Source: a virus (taxonomy: Duplodnaviria > Heunggongvirae > Uroviricota > Caudoviricetes). From it: DNA of 64,000 nt. This document shows positions 43,607 through 52,029 of the stretch, piece after piece. Positions within the stretch are counted from its first letter, which is position 1. Every line of letters starts with the position of its first letter. The position numbers and the translations under genes are program-made. The notes beneath the pieces were generated by a model that had not been told where the DNA came from, did not search any database, and saw only the letters and a program-made list of their open reading frames with translations. The stretch lies in IMG/VR virus record IMGVR_UViG_3300025838_000019, positions 102,640-166,639 of that record; one strand, 5' to 3'.

Positions 43607-45757
43607 ATGTCAAAACTGTTAGATTCCAAGTCCCTGTTGGCAAAGCTCATGGCTACTGAGGACATTATGGTTGAACAACGTAAAGTTTCAACCGCATACT
43701 TTGATTTGAAGAACCGTGTGCTGTGTCTTCCAATCTTAAAATCCGACCTCGAATCGTACAACTACGACCACTTTATTGGCCACGAAGTCGGTCATGCACG
43801 TTATACACCCGTTGAAAAATATCGAGAAGCCGCCAAAAAGACTGTAGCTTCTATTCTAAATTGCGTTGAAGATGTACGTATCGAACGCAAAATCAAATAC
43901 AAGTACCCTGGTCTCAAAAACTCATTTATCAAGTCATACAAAGATTTGATTGAACGTGACTTCTTTGGCACAAAAGAAAAAGATATCAACGAATTCAATT
44001 TCATTGACCGTGCTAACTTGTACTTCAAGGGTGGTCCTGACCAAGGCATCGAATTTACCGATGAAGAAGAAGTTTATTTGGAGATGATGGAATCTGCCGA
44101 AACATTTGAAGATGTGGTAGAAGTCACCAACAAAATCGTTGGCTTTATGAAAGCATCAGCCAAAGAAGAATTGCGTACCATCAAAGTTGTAGTTCCACCT
44201 TCCGTTGACGATGAATTGGAAGAATCAGAACAACCTCAAGGTTCTCCTAATCCAGAAGAAGATGAACCTGAAGATAATCAAACTCAGGAAAAAACTCAAG
44301 CTTCAGAAGAAGATGGTGAAAACACCGAAGAAAAATCTACCACTCCAGATTCTGGTGCTCAAGTTGAAGAAGAAAAAGAACCTACAGAAGAAGAAATCTT
44401 GGACCACATCCAATCCAAGACTGACGAAGCTTACAAGTTCAACGAAAAGCAATTGTTTGAAGAAAGCAATTACCGTGAAATTAAGTATGTAAACATTCCA
44501 GAAGTTGTCTTGTCAAAAACCATCATGCCGTTTGATGATTTGCACAGTAAACTTCAAGAGAGTATAAATTCAAATGATTCGGCAAAGGCTTTCTTCAAGA
44601 TTGGTGCAACGAGTTACATGGAATACCGCAAAGATTTGAACCGCATGGTTTCTTATCTTGTCAAAGAATTTGAATTGCGTAAGAACGCTGACCAGATGAA
44701 ACGTGCTCAAACCTCCAAAACTGGAGAATTGAACATGTCTAAAATTTACTCATACAAATTCAGCGAAGACATTTTCAAGAAAATCACGGTGATGCCTGAT
44801 GGTAAATCACACGGCTTGGTATTGTTCCTTGACTGGTCAGGTTCTATGCGAAACAATATTGAAAATACTTGTAAGCAATTACTTGCACTGGTTCTTTTCT
44901 GTAAGAAGGTAAACATTCCTTACGAAGTATATGCTTTTGGTGATGGCAATATCGAACATAGTTATTTGCCAATAACAGCTGTACCTAAAGAAGGTGACCT
45001 AGAAATTGGTCAATTTACTCTTTACAACATCTTTTCAAGCCGCATGAATGCCGCACAATTCAAATTTATGGCTTCTTGTTTCTCACACAAAAATCCATAC
45101 TATATTGTTGGTCGTGTCATGGACATGTCTGGTACTCCTTTGAATGAAGCAATCATTGCTGCGATGAAGATTGTTCCTGAATTCCAACAAAAGTACAAAC
45201 TTCAAATTGTTAACACCGTTATTTTGACTGACGGTGAAAGTAATTCTAATGACAGCATTTATGAAAAGAACACAGACCGTCTATATCCTCGTCCATTTGG
45301 TGGATCAGATATTGTGTTCCGTGATCCAAAATCTCGAATTGAAGAAAAGGTTGAACTGCAAAAAGCCAACTACAATCGTGGTATTGCAAAAACACAAACT
45401 TTGATTTGTATGTTGAAACGGAAAACAAATTGTAACGTCATTGGTTTCTACCTTGTTTCTCCACGACACATTGATCGAGCTTACAGATTCTACGGTAACG
45501 GTTCAGTCGGTTCTAAAAACTATGAAGAAACGAAAAACCAGTTCCGTAACGAAAAACACGTTGTGTTAGAAACTCATGGCTTTGATGAGTACTACCTACT
45601 ACGTGACGATTCTATTACTGCCGATTCTATTGACTTTGAAGATGTTGAAGTAAAAAACAACACAGCTCGAAGCATTGTTTCGTCATTCAAGAAGTTCAAC
45701 AAAAACCGTCTCGAATCTCGTGTGGTGTTGAATCGCTTTATTAACTTAATTGCATAA
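43607..45757 (+). CDS. vWA-domain protein with N-terminal HExxH motif and acidic linker (716 aa), CobT-like
   Basis: IGHEVGHARY (HExxH), long E/D-rich segment, C-terminal MIDAS LVLFLDWSGSM. Confidence 0.6.
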   Translation: MSKLLDSKSLLAKLMATEDIMVEQRKVSTAYFDLKNRVLCLPILKSDLESYNYDHFIGHEVGHARYTPVEKYREAAKKTVASILNCVEDVRIERKIKYKYPGLKNSFIKSYKDLIERDFFGTKEKDINEFNFIDRANLYFKGGPDQGIEFTDEEEVYLEMMESAETFEDVVEVTNKIVGFMKASAKEELRTIKVVVPPSVDDELEESEQPQGSPNPEEDEPEDNQTQEKTQASEEDGENTEEKSTTPDSGAQVEEEKEPTEEEILDHIQSKTDEAYKFNEKQLFEESNYREIKYVNIPEVVLSKTIMPFDDLHSKLQESINSNDSAKAFFKIGATSYMEYRKDLNRMVSYLVKEFELRKNADQMKRAQTSKTGELNMSKIYSYKFSEDIFKKITVMPDGKSHGLVLFLDWSGSMRNNIENTCKQLLALVLFCKKVNIPYEVYAFGDGNIEHSYLPITAVPKEGDLEIGQFTLYNIFSSRMNAAQFKFMASCFSHKNPYYIVGRVMDMSGTPLNEAIIAAMKIVPEFQQKYKLQIVNTVILTDGESNSNDSIYEKNTDRLYPRPFGGSDIVFRDPKSRIEEKVELQKANYNRGIAKTQTLICMLKRKTNCNVIGFYLVSPRHIDRAYRFYGNGSVGSKNYEETKNQFRNEKHVVLETHGFDEYYLLRDDSITADSIDFEDVEVKNNTARSIVSSFKKFNKNRLESRVVLNRFINLIA

Positions 45758-45766
45758 GGAGAAAAA

Positions 45767-45958
45767 ATGAAAGAAACCATTGCCAACTATGTTCACCATG
45801 AAAACCACTACACAGTGGTAAAAGTGAACAACATGTTTCATGTAGAATGCCGTCAAAACGGTGTTCTTACAAGGTCGATTCCGTTCCTGTCTGAACAAGA
45901 AGCCATACTTTTTGCTGATTCACATGGAACCACCAGTAAACAATTATTGAATGGTTAA
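45767..45958 (+). CDS. Hypothetical protein (63 aa)
   Basis: GGAG RBS. Confidence 0.4.
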   Translation: MKETIANYVHHENHYTVVKVNNMFHVECRQNGVLTRSIPFLSEQEAILFADSHGTTSKQLLNG

Positions 45959-45959
45959 T

Positions 45960-46268
45960 ATGTTACAAGATTTAAATGGTAATGATGAGGCACTCCGTAT
46001 CCTCCAAGAGGAGTGTGCGGAAGTTGTTCAAGCTACGTCCAAGGTCTTTCGGTTTGGTTTGAATACGGCATACAACGACAAAACAAACCGTGAAAGACTG
46101 GAAGAAGAAATTGGTGACCTTCTTTGTATGATTGACATTCTAATAGAGAATTGTGTCCTGTCGGATTCCAATATCAACGGTGCCAGAATTAAGAAACGTG
46201 AAAAACTAAAACTTTGGTCTAATGTTGTCCAGAAACAACAAAATGATTGCCAAAGTCCATCCGAGTGA
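45960..46268 (+). CDS. Second MazG-like NTP pyrophosphohydrolase (102 aa)
   Basis: ILQEECAEVVQA...RERLEEEIGDLLCMIDIL matches MazG EExxE/EExGD helices. Confidence 0.5.
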   Translation: MLQDLNGNDEALRILQEECAEVVQATSKVFRFGLNTAYNDKTNRERLEEEIGDLLCMIDILIENCVLSDSNINGARIKKREKLKLWSNVVQKQQNDCQSPSE

Positions 46269-46299
46269 TATAATAGAGTTATCTTCTTTGGAGTTTATT

Positions 46300-46569
46300 A
46301 TGAAACTTTTGATCTTGATTCCCGTTATCGCTCTGGCTGCCTGTTCTTCAGTTGCACCACCACAAACTGCTCAGCCTTCTAAAATCAATCCTAACCTTGA
46401 AGTCAAGGAAATGGATCGTACTGAGGTTATTCAGGCTGCTCGTGAGTGTATCAATTCACACATGAAACCTTATATCCAATCAGTACCACAAAAAACTGAC
46501 CACGGTACTATTTTGATTCCCGTAGCCGTTAACTGTGAAGTTTACGGTCCTACTTTAGCTAATCAATAA
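46300..46569 (+). CDS. Lipoprotein (89 aa)
   Basis: MKLLILIPVIALAACSS signal with lipobox LAAC; GGAG RBS. Confidence 0.5.
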   Translation: MKLLILIPVIALAACSSVAPPQTAQPSKINPNLEVKEMDRTEVIQAARECINSHMKPYIQSVPQKTDHGTILIPVAVNCEVYGPTLANQ

Positions 46570-46578
46570 GGTGATATT

Positions 46579-47019
46579 ATGTCCGCAGGAATGACAGCTC
46601 TATCTTCAATTGGCATTACCCACGAAGTTTTGATTCTTGGTGTATCCGTTTGTATTCTAGTTGGTATTATCGGCATGTTTGCTCAGTACATCATTCCAGG
46701 TGCCATCATTGTGGCAGCTGCATTGTTGTTCTATGAACCCCCAAATGCGACAAATGCCGAACAAGCCAAAGATTCTACCAAACAGGAAGAAGTCTTTGAC
46801 GAACAACAAGCCTTTATGAAGGACTGTATTGAGGTAGCAGAATATTCTCGTGACCAGTGCCGTAGTTTATGGAACCAAGGTCCTACCGACACCAAAACGC
46901 AACCCACCATGAAGAATGTGAAGTTGCTTGATGTTGACAATGAGGAATATAAAATGCGCCGTGCAAGTGCTTTAACTAAACCAAATGCCGTGGTAATCCA
47001 CGAGACTTTGAATTATTAA
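46579..47019 (+). CDS. Membrane protein (146 aa)
   Basis: Two N-terminal hydrophobic helices. Confidence 0.5.
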   Translation: MSAGMTALSSIGITHEVLILGVSVCILVGIIGMFAQYIIPGAIIVAAALLFYEPPNATNAEQAKDSTKQEEVFDEQQAFMKDCIEVAEYSRDQCRSLWNQGPTDTKTQPTMKNVKLLDVDNEEYKMRRASALTKPNAVVIHETLNY

Positions 47020-47266
47020 AACATTCTGCTTAGGTGGCGTTGTTTACGATCATATTCACGGATGAAACGTTCCACGTCAGCTTCTGATTGTGGGTTACGT
47101 GCTGTGATGTATGCATCCAATTCCGCCATTCTAACTGCTTTCAAAAATTTTGTAATTGAAGAAAAGAATTTTAGCATGATTGACCTTTTGAGTATTTACG
47201 ATATTAGTGTTTGTACTAATATATATCCGTCTTAGGTCGTTTATAATCTAGTTAAGAGGCACTTAC

Positions 47267-47401
47267 ATGACAGACCAAGACATTTTACACCACTACCAAA
47301 GAATGGTAGAGATTTATGGAGACAAGCTTCCTGATCCAGACCATAGTCCTCGTGAGTTTCAATACTACGTAAATCTCTACCTCTATTTCCATTCCAAATA
47401 A
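47267..47401 (+). CDS. Small hypothetical protein (44 aa)
   Basis: TTATAAT -10 box and AAGAGG RBS precede ATG 47267; ORF track instead lists implausible minus-strand ORFs here. Confidence 0.3.
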   Translation: MTDQDILHHYQRMVEIYGDKLPDPDHSPREFQYYVNLYLYFHSK

Positions 47402-47462
47402 CCTTTGCGTTTCCCCGCCCCTCCGGAAGGGAAGCGCCCCTAAAATAAAATGATTTTCTAAA

Positions 47463-47651
47463 ATGAACGAACAAGTTAATTGTATCAATTGTGGGTGTGA
47501 AATGAAAAAAGTTTCGATTGGAATTCCTTTATGCTCACACTGTTCTAATGTAGGTAGACAATTTGAAAATCTACTGAAACAAGGGCTTACTTTGGATTGT
47601 TTTGATCCCAAAACAAAACAACGCAAAAAAGAAACTATCAAAATCAAATAA
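47463..47651 (+). CDS. Zinc-ribbon protein (62 aa)
   Basis: CINCGCE...CSHCSN. Confidence 0.45.
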   Translation: MNEQVNCINCGCEMKKVSIGIPLCSHCSNVGRQFENLLKQGLTLDCFDPKTKQRKKETIKIK

Positions 47652-47670
47652 ACAGACAACAGGATAATCG

Positions 47671-47901
47671 ATGAACGAACAAATTGAACATTGCTTGTAC
47701 CAATCGGGCTTGACTGCACAAGGGTGCTGGGATGAACTGGATGATTATGCCCGAGAGTGCATTGAAAAGTTCGCCGAGTTGCTTATTCGGGAATGTGCCG
47801 AAGTATGTAAAGCACAGTCAACATATGATCCTATTGTGTTGCCCTACAAACCATCTGAACAGTTTGAAAAAGCAATCAGGCAACATTTTGGAGTTGAATA
47901 A
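47671..47901 (+). CDS. HFGVEE-family small protein, member 1 (76 aa)
   Basis: MNEQIE...FAELLIRECAE...HFGVE; stop overlaps next start. Confidence 0.5.
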   Translation: MNEQIEHCLYQSGLTAQGCWDELDDYARECIEKFAELLIRECAEVCKAQSTYDPIVLPYKPSEQFEKAIRQHFGVE

Positions 47902-48107
47902 TGAACGGACTAATTAAAGAGCTTGCTCGACAGGCAGCACTACCAATTACTTGTGAATATGAAATTCCTGATGAATTTGTAGAAAATTTCGCCGAATTGC
48001 TTGTGCGAGACTGTCTAAATGTAATCAATCAGCCCAACGGTGTCGGTGATGACGATGTTATCCGAATCAGCGATGATGTTAAAAAACATTTCGGAGTTGA
48101 AGAATGA
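47901..48107 (+). CDS. HFGVEE-family small protein, member 2 (68 aa)
   Basis: MNGLIKELARQA...FAELLVRDC...KKHFGVEE. Confidence 0.5.
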   Translation: MNGLIKELARQAALPITCEYEIPDEFVENFAELLVRDCLNVINQPNGVGDDDVIRISDDVKKHFGVEE

Positions 48108-48316
48108 AAGCAACTGAGGTAGCTTTAGTCAAAGCGGTTTTGCTCAATGGCAAGACTTACCGCACACCTATTCACGCAGCCAACGCATACGCAGACCGAC
48201 ATAATCATCAGCGTTACAATATGCGAGGGATTTGGCCCGACTACATCACACGAAAAATTCGTTTTAAAAAAGTCGTGCGTAGAGTGTTACCAATCTTTGA
48301 AAGACTGTTAAAATGA
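48104..48316 (+). CDS. Basic small protein interrupting the paralog array (70 aa)
   Basis: ATGA-coupled; unrelated sequence. Confidence 0.4.
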   Translation: MKATEVALVKAVLLNGKTYRTPIHAANAYADRHNHQRYNMRGIWPDYITRKIRFKKVVRRVLPIFERLLK

Positions 48317-48579
48317 ATGAACGAATTAAAGAACTTGCTGTACAGGCTTCCAATGAATACCTGTCGGAAATGGAACCTGTAACAGATACATTGTCAACCG
48401 CAAAGCGTAATGAACTTGCTCAAAAAGCAAAACAAGCAGGAATTGGTATCATTCCGCATGGCTTTAGTGAAAAGTTCGCCGAGTTGATTGTGCGAGAATG
48501 TACCAATATTGTGTTACACTATACTGATGTTGATGAAGGTGTAGCAGTGGCCAAGAAACATTTCGGAGTTGAAGAATGA
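48313..48579 (+). CDS. HFGVEE-family small protein, member 3 (88 aa)
   Basis: MNERIKELAVQAS...FAELIVREC...KKHFGVEE. Confidence 0.5.
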   Translation: MNERIKELAVQASNEYLSEMEPVTDTLSTAKRNELAQKAKQAGIGIIPHGFSEKFAELIVRECTNIVLHYTDVDEGVAVAKKHFGVEE

Positions 48580-48794
48580 ACGATGTTAACAAATTTCGAC
48601 AACTTGCTGAACAGGACAAACCTTACCTGGACAAAGAGTTCAAAGAACTTGCTGAAAAAGTAGGTTTAATAGCTCCAGCTGATTTTGCAGGTGACGGTCA
48701 TTATTATACAGGTGACGGTACACGATTTTATATCGACCGTATGCTACAGATGTATTCACTTGAATTAAAGAAACATTTCGGAGTTGAAGAATGA
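48576..48794 (+). CDS. HFGVEE-family small protein, member 4 (72 aa)
   Basis: MNDVNKFRQLAEQ...KKHFGVEE. Confidence 0.5.
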   Translation: MNDVNKFRQLAEQDKPYLDKEFKELAEKVGLIAPADFAGDGHYYTGDGTRFYIDRMLQMYSLELKKHFGVEE

Positions 48795-48979
48795 ACGAAC
48801 GATTATTTGATAGAATTGACCGATTGGCCAGAGAATCTGGTATCAAAGAAGTTACACCGGCGATCCGTAGGTTTGCATTTGCCATTAGAAAAGACCAATG
48901 TGATACAATAGAGAAAATGCTGGGACCTAAAGATAAAACTGATGCTATGGTTTCAATTTTGAAGAATGAAGAAAAATGA
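48791..48979 (+). CDS. Divergent family member 5 (62 aa)
   Basis: MNERLFDRIDRLARESG; lacks C-terminal HFGVEE. Confidence 0.4.
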   Translation: MNERLFDRIDRLARESGIKEVTPAIRRFAFAIRKDQCDTIEKMLGPKDKTDAMVSILKNEEK

Positions 48980-48985
48980 CACAAG

Positions 48986-49216
48986 ATGAAAATAACTGAT
49001 TATGTGAAACCCATCGGATGGACCAAAGACACGAACCTGTCAGGTTATCTTACGGGAACATATGACGTTTTGGCTGTCTGGCCTAAGGGTCCGGAAAAGG
49101 AAGTCTGGAGCCATGTGGGAATGTATACGCAGGCTCAAGTTGAAGAAATACTGAAACGCTCTGGAATCTGTGAGGACCTCCTGAGGGAACTTTGTTCCGA
49201 GAAAAAAATTTTCTGA
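48986..49216 (+). CDS. Hypothetical protein (76 aa)
   Basis: Last plus-strand ORF before the minus-strand island. Confidence 0.45.
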   Translation: MKITDYVKPIGWTKDTNLSGYLTGTYDVLAVWPKGPEKEVWSHVGMYTQAQVEEILKRSGICEDLLRELCSEKKIF

Positions 49217-49518
49217 AGCGAGCTCTGGGGGTATCTGGGGCTCCTGGGAAAATTTTGAAACCTTCTGATTCCGGCCGAGAAAATAAAAATTTGAAATAAT
49301 TAGTTTGACCTGGGGAGAGCTTTTTTTAGCCATAACGCTTACCCATGGCCTTACCACAAGCGCCATGGCAAGCCGCTACCGCTGCCGCTGAGCATACCCA
49401 AAGCCCTACGGCCGCCAGTACACCAAGTCCAAGAGCACTACAACCACGCAAGCCACGATAATAAATTTGAGAACCAAAGTCTCATAGCGATTCAAAAAAT
49501 CAATCATTTTGTTTTCCT

Positions 49519-50160
49519 TTATACTGAAGCAATGCGAATAACCTTGGCCATTTTCTTACCGTGAGCGATATAGCCAACAACCGGAACGGATTTGTCATAG
49601 CAAGCACGGCAATCCAAGCACTTGCCGCCTTGAGAAGGTGCGCTGCATACAAAGGTATTACTATCTGCCATGGAAGCATCAGGCAGGATGGTCGAGCCAT
49701 GTAAACCTTTGGTATAGGTTCCGTCTACATTGTCGGAGGAGAAGCGAACCATTACATTAGGAAGAGCTTGCATTTTGGCAAGGATGCTCTGGAATTTAGG
49801 GAATTTTGCCATACGGGTAGGCAACCAGTGCTTGGTAGCAGGGGTCTCCAGCATGACTTGGTACATTTTCTCTGCCAAGCCAATGGAGTACATGTCACCG
49901 GAATCAAACCAGCGGAAGTGGGTCTGCTTTTTGAGCTCTTTTTTCATGAGCTCTACCCAGTCGGTCTCCTGCCATGCGGCTTTATTATCGGCACGGACCG
50001 CCTTGGTATCTGGGAAATTATAGCAACCGGTTGTGGCATAGCATCCAGAGCAAGCAGGGACTAATTGACCATCAGCACCAACCGAACCGGGGCAGGTTTC
50101 AATAGCTTGGAGGGACCAGCTTTTGGTACCGAGCTTGCTTGTTTTGGATACTTTATTCAT
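49519..50160 (-). CDS. Cys-motif protein resembling phage Gp37/Gp68 (DUF5131) family (213 aa), higher GC
   Basis: N-terminal TCPGS...ACSGCYATTGCY pattern recalls the GC..S.GC..CYA signature of Gp37Gp68 proteins (from memory); codon usage visibly GC-richer than flanking genes. Confidence 0.45.
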   Translation of the reverse strand: MNKVSKTSKLGTKSWSLQAIETCPGSVGADGQLVPACSGCYATTGCYNFPDTKAVRADNKAAWQETDWVELMKKELKKQTHFRWFDSGDMYSIGLAEKMYQVMLETPATKHWLPTRMAKFPKFQSILAKMQALPNVMVRFSSDNVDGTYTKGLHGSTILPDASMADSNTFVCSAPSQGGKCLDCRACYDKSVPVVGYIAHGKKMAKVIRIASV

Positions 50161-50263
50161 TTTGCTTCCTTGGTTTGTTTTGTTGGATCAATTATACCAC
50201 AACCAGAAGGAATGGCAACCAATAGTTGACCACTCCGGTGGATCATTATGCGGTTGCTTTTCC

Positions 50264-50608
50264 TTAAGCCTGACGGATGGCAGCAATGTTGGCGGTCTTG
50301 CGAGCAATGATGGCAGCAGCAATGGCATTGTCCTCTGCACCGAAGGTGGTTACCTTGGATGGTTTGCGGTTTGCCTTCAGTGCCTTGGCACCAACCGGTG
50401 CAGCTTGTTTTTCCAGCAACTTCTGGAGGCGTGCTTGTGCTTTCTCAACCTGAGCGGCAACCTTAGCAGCCTTGGCAGCTGCACGGTCAGCCTTTAGCAA
50501 TTCCTTGCCAGCTTTCAAGTCAGCACGGGATTGAGCATGGATCGCACGGAGCTCCTTGAGCATGGCGGATTGGAGACGGATGGGGAGAAGAGCGAATTCT
50601 GCTTTCAT
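50264..50608 (-). CDS. Ala/Lys-rich helical protein (114 aa)
   Basis: AAAGGA RBS before ATG 50606-50608; histone-H1-like AK repeats; ORF track start 50701 overlaps upstream gene. Confidence 0.45.
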   Translation of the reverse strand: MKAEFALLPIRLQSAMLKELRAIHAQSRADLKAGKELLKADRAAAKAAKVAAQVEKAQARLQKLLEKQAAPVGAKALKANRKPSKVTTFGAEDNAIAAAIIARKTANIAAIRQA

Positions 50609-50697
50609 TTTGGTTTCCTTTTCAAATTTCATGGATGAATTGTAATGGATTTTGCTGGTTTTGGCAACTGTAAACTTTTTTATTACAACCAATCCGG

Positions 50698-50892
50698 TCA
50701 AGATATATTTGCCAGTTCTTCCTTGGTTGTGACGAAGTGAAAGCGCTTGGACTCATTATAACATTGCTCATAGCCTTGCTCACTGAATTCAAAATTGAAA
50801 GTCCGAACAATTCTATCTACACCAATGTCCTCTGCCGTCAATAAAGGGTAAGAATAGGCCTTGCCAAAATATTGTATGGTTACAGTTTTCAT
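50698..50892 (-). CDS. Small protein (64 aa) behind promoter-repeat R1
   Basis: AGGAGAA RBS, ATG 50890-50892; the ORF-track N-terminal extension runs through the repeat. Confidence 0.45.
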   Translation of the reverse strand: MKTVTIQYFGKAYSYPLLTAEDIGVDRIVRTFNFEFSEQGYEQCYNESKRFHFVTTKEELANIS

Positions 50893-50990
50893 GGTGTTCT
50901 CCTGATTTGTTGGAGCAAGTATAACAAGATTGGCCAAGAATGGCAAGCAATACTATACCATTCTACTGGGTCATTCTATGATGGCCATGG
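50893..50990 (-). repeat. Promoter/operator repeat R1 (one of three copies)
   Basis: Minus-strand TTGCCA-N17-TATACT with palindromic TTGGCCAA and CTTGTT...AACAAG half-sites; shares GAGCAAGTATAACAAG...GGCCAAGAATGGCAAGC...CCATTCTACTGGG with R2/R3. Confidence 0.55.
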
Positions 50991-51315
50991 CCAGTTCGAC
51001 AATTTCTAACTCGATGAGCCAGTGCTCAATGTCATACAATTCTGATTGGCTGTCTACAAATTGTTGTATACCAGAGTAGTACTTGTCTTCATTTTCATTA
51101 ATAATGACGAATTGGCTGTAATTAATAGGCCAACCATCTGCGGCCAATTGTTTTGTGTTGGCCTTCAGTACCTTTTCAGCAGTTTTTCGCTGATTGAAGT
51201 ATACGCCTTTGGTTATGGCCTCTTCAAAAGTAGCAAAATATAAGTTTTTACCACTACACTTAAAAAAGTCGGTACCCTTGATTCGAATAGCATAGAATTT
51301 GACGCCGTTGCTCAT
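50971..51315 (-). CDS. Small protein (114 aa) behind promoter-repeat R2
   Basis: AGGAGAA RBS, ATG 51313-51315. Confidence 0.45.
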   Translation of the reverse strand: MSNGVKFYAIRIKGTDFFKCSGKNLYFATFEEAITKGVYFNQRKTAEKVLKANTKQLAADGWPINYSQFVIINENEDKYYSGIQQFVDSQSELYDIEHWLIELEIVELAMAIIE

Positions 51316-51420
51316 GTTGTTCTCCTGACTTGTTGGAGCAAGTATATCAAGAATGGCAGAGAATGGCAACCATTACTATACCATTCTACTGGGTTATTGT
51401 GCAAGGTCTTCTAGTATGGC
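51316..51420 (-). repeat. Promoter/operator repeat R2
   Basis: CTTGTTGGAGCAAGTATATCAAGAATGGCAGAGAATGGCAACC...CCATTCTACTGGG. Confidence 0.55.
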
Positions 51421-51549
51421 CAACTGCTCAGAGAGCTCGGCTTGGCTCATAGTCTGAAGCTCTTCGCAAAACTCTAAGAATTGATCCTCATGCTCAATAC
51501 CATGGTTTTTCATAATCTCAATAATAAGTGATATTGTATCTTCACGTGT
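51394..51549 (-). CDS. Small acidic protein (51 aa) behind promoter-repeat R3
   Basis: AAAAGGCAAG RBS region, MTREDTISLIIEIMKNHGIEHED...; ORF-track upstream extension is low-complexity and overlaps a noncoding region. Confidence 0.4.
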   Translation of the reverse strand, partial: TREDTISLIIEIMKNHGIEHEDQFLEFCEELQTMSQAELSEQLAILEDLAQ

Positions 51550-51645
51550 CATTTCTTGCCTTTTCGAATCTATGAATAGAGTATAACACATCGGCCAAGA
51601 ATGGCAAGCGTCATCATAGAATAACCCACTGGGAATACTGAGAAC
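51550..51645 (-). repeat. Promoter/operator repeat R3 (more diverged)
   Basis: GAGTATAACACATCGGCCAAGAATGGCAAGCG...CCCACTGGGAATACTG. Confidence 0.45.
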
Positions 51646-51655
51646 TTTTGTGTGA

Positions 51656-51683
51656 CTTGACAAAATCTCTGGAGCCTGTATAA
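51656..51683 (+). promoter_or_regulatory. Strong sigma70-like promoter TTGACA-N16-TATAAT with no downstream ORF for ~300 nt
   Basis: Consensus hexamers; downstream 51684-52000 lacks RBS-preceded ORFs. Confidence 0.5.
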
Positions 51684-52001
51684 TTGACCTATTCGAAAGC
51701 AAGACTGGGATGCACACAGCCCCTGCACAATACCAGAAAAAGAATACCTTTGTTTTCAGATTTCCTCTCGAATAAACGCATACTTTTTCTGTACCCGCTG
51801 CAGCCTTTCTGAAACAAACTGATGCACCTCCGATGGTTTCTGAGTACTTCGGCATTAATTCCGGCGTTGTGCTGAGAGTCTAAGACCCACAGCGATACGC
51901 ATACCTGCGACATACCGTGCGACATAAAATTACAACTTTTGTTTCTTAATGAAATATTCTTTCAATACTGTACCGGAGGGCTTGAATACTAAACGGTACA
52001 C

Positions 52002-52029
52002 TTGCCAAAATCTTAAAATCGCTTATAAT
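52002..52029 (+). promoter_or_regulatory. Sigma70-like promoter TTGCCA-N16-TATAAT
   Basis: Followed by ATGAAAAACGCAAGA mini-ORF then ATG 52065. Confidence 0.45.

Noticed and set aside
49346-49462. Plus-strand 38-codon Ala/Pro-rich ORF in the GC-rich stretch
   Set aside because: No RBS and the composition simply reflects local GC. Interpreted as noncoding sequence, possibly a foreign remnant downstream of the minus-strand gene 49519-50160.
51394-51925. ORF-track minus-strand ORFs 51394-51855 (N-terminal 100 aa) and 51689-51925
   Set aside because: Translations are low-complexity (VFFFWYCAGAVCIP...) and run through intergenic repeat R3 and the promoter-driven noncoding stretch. Only the C-terminal 51 codons of the first (51394-51549), with their own RBS, were kept.
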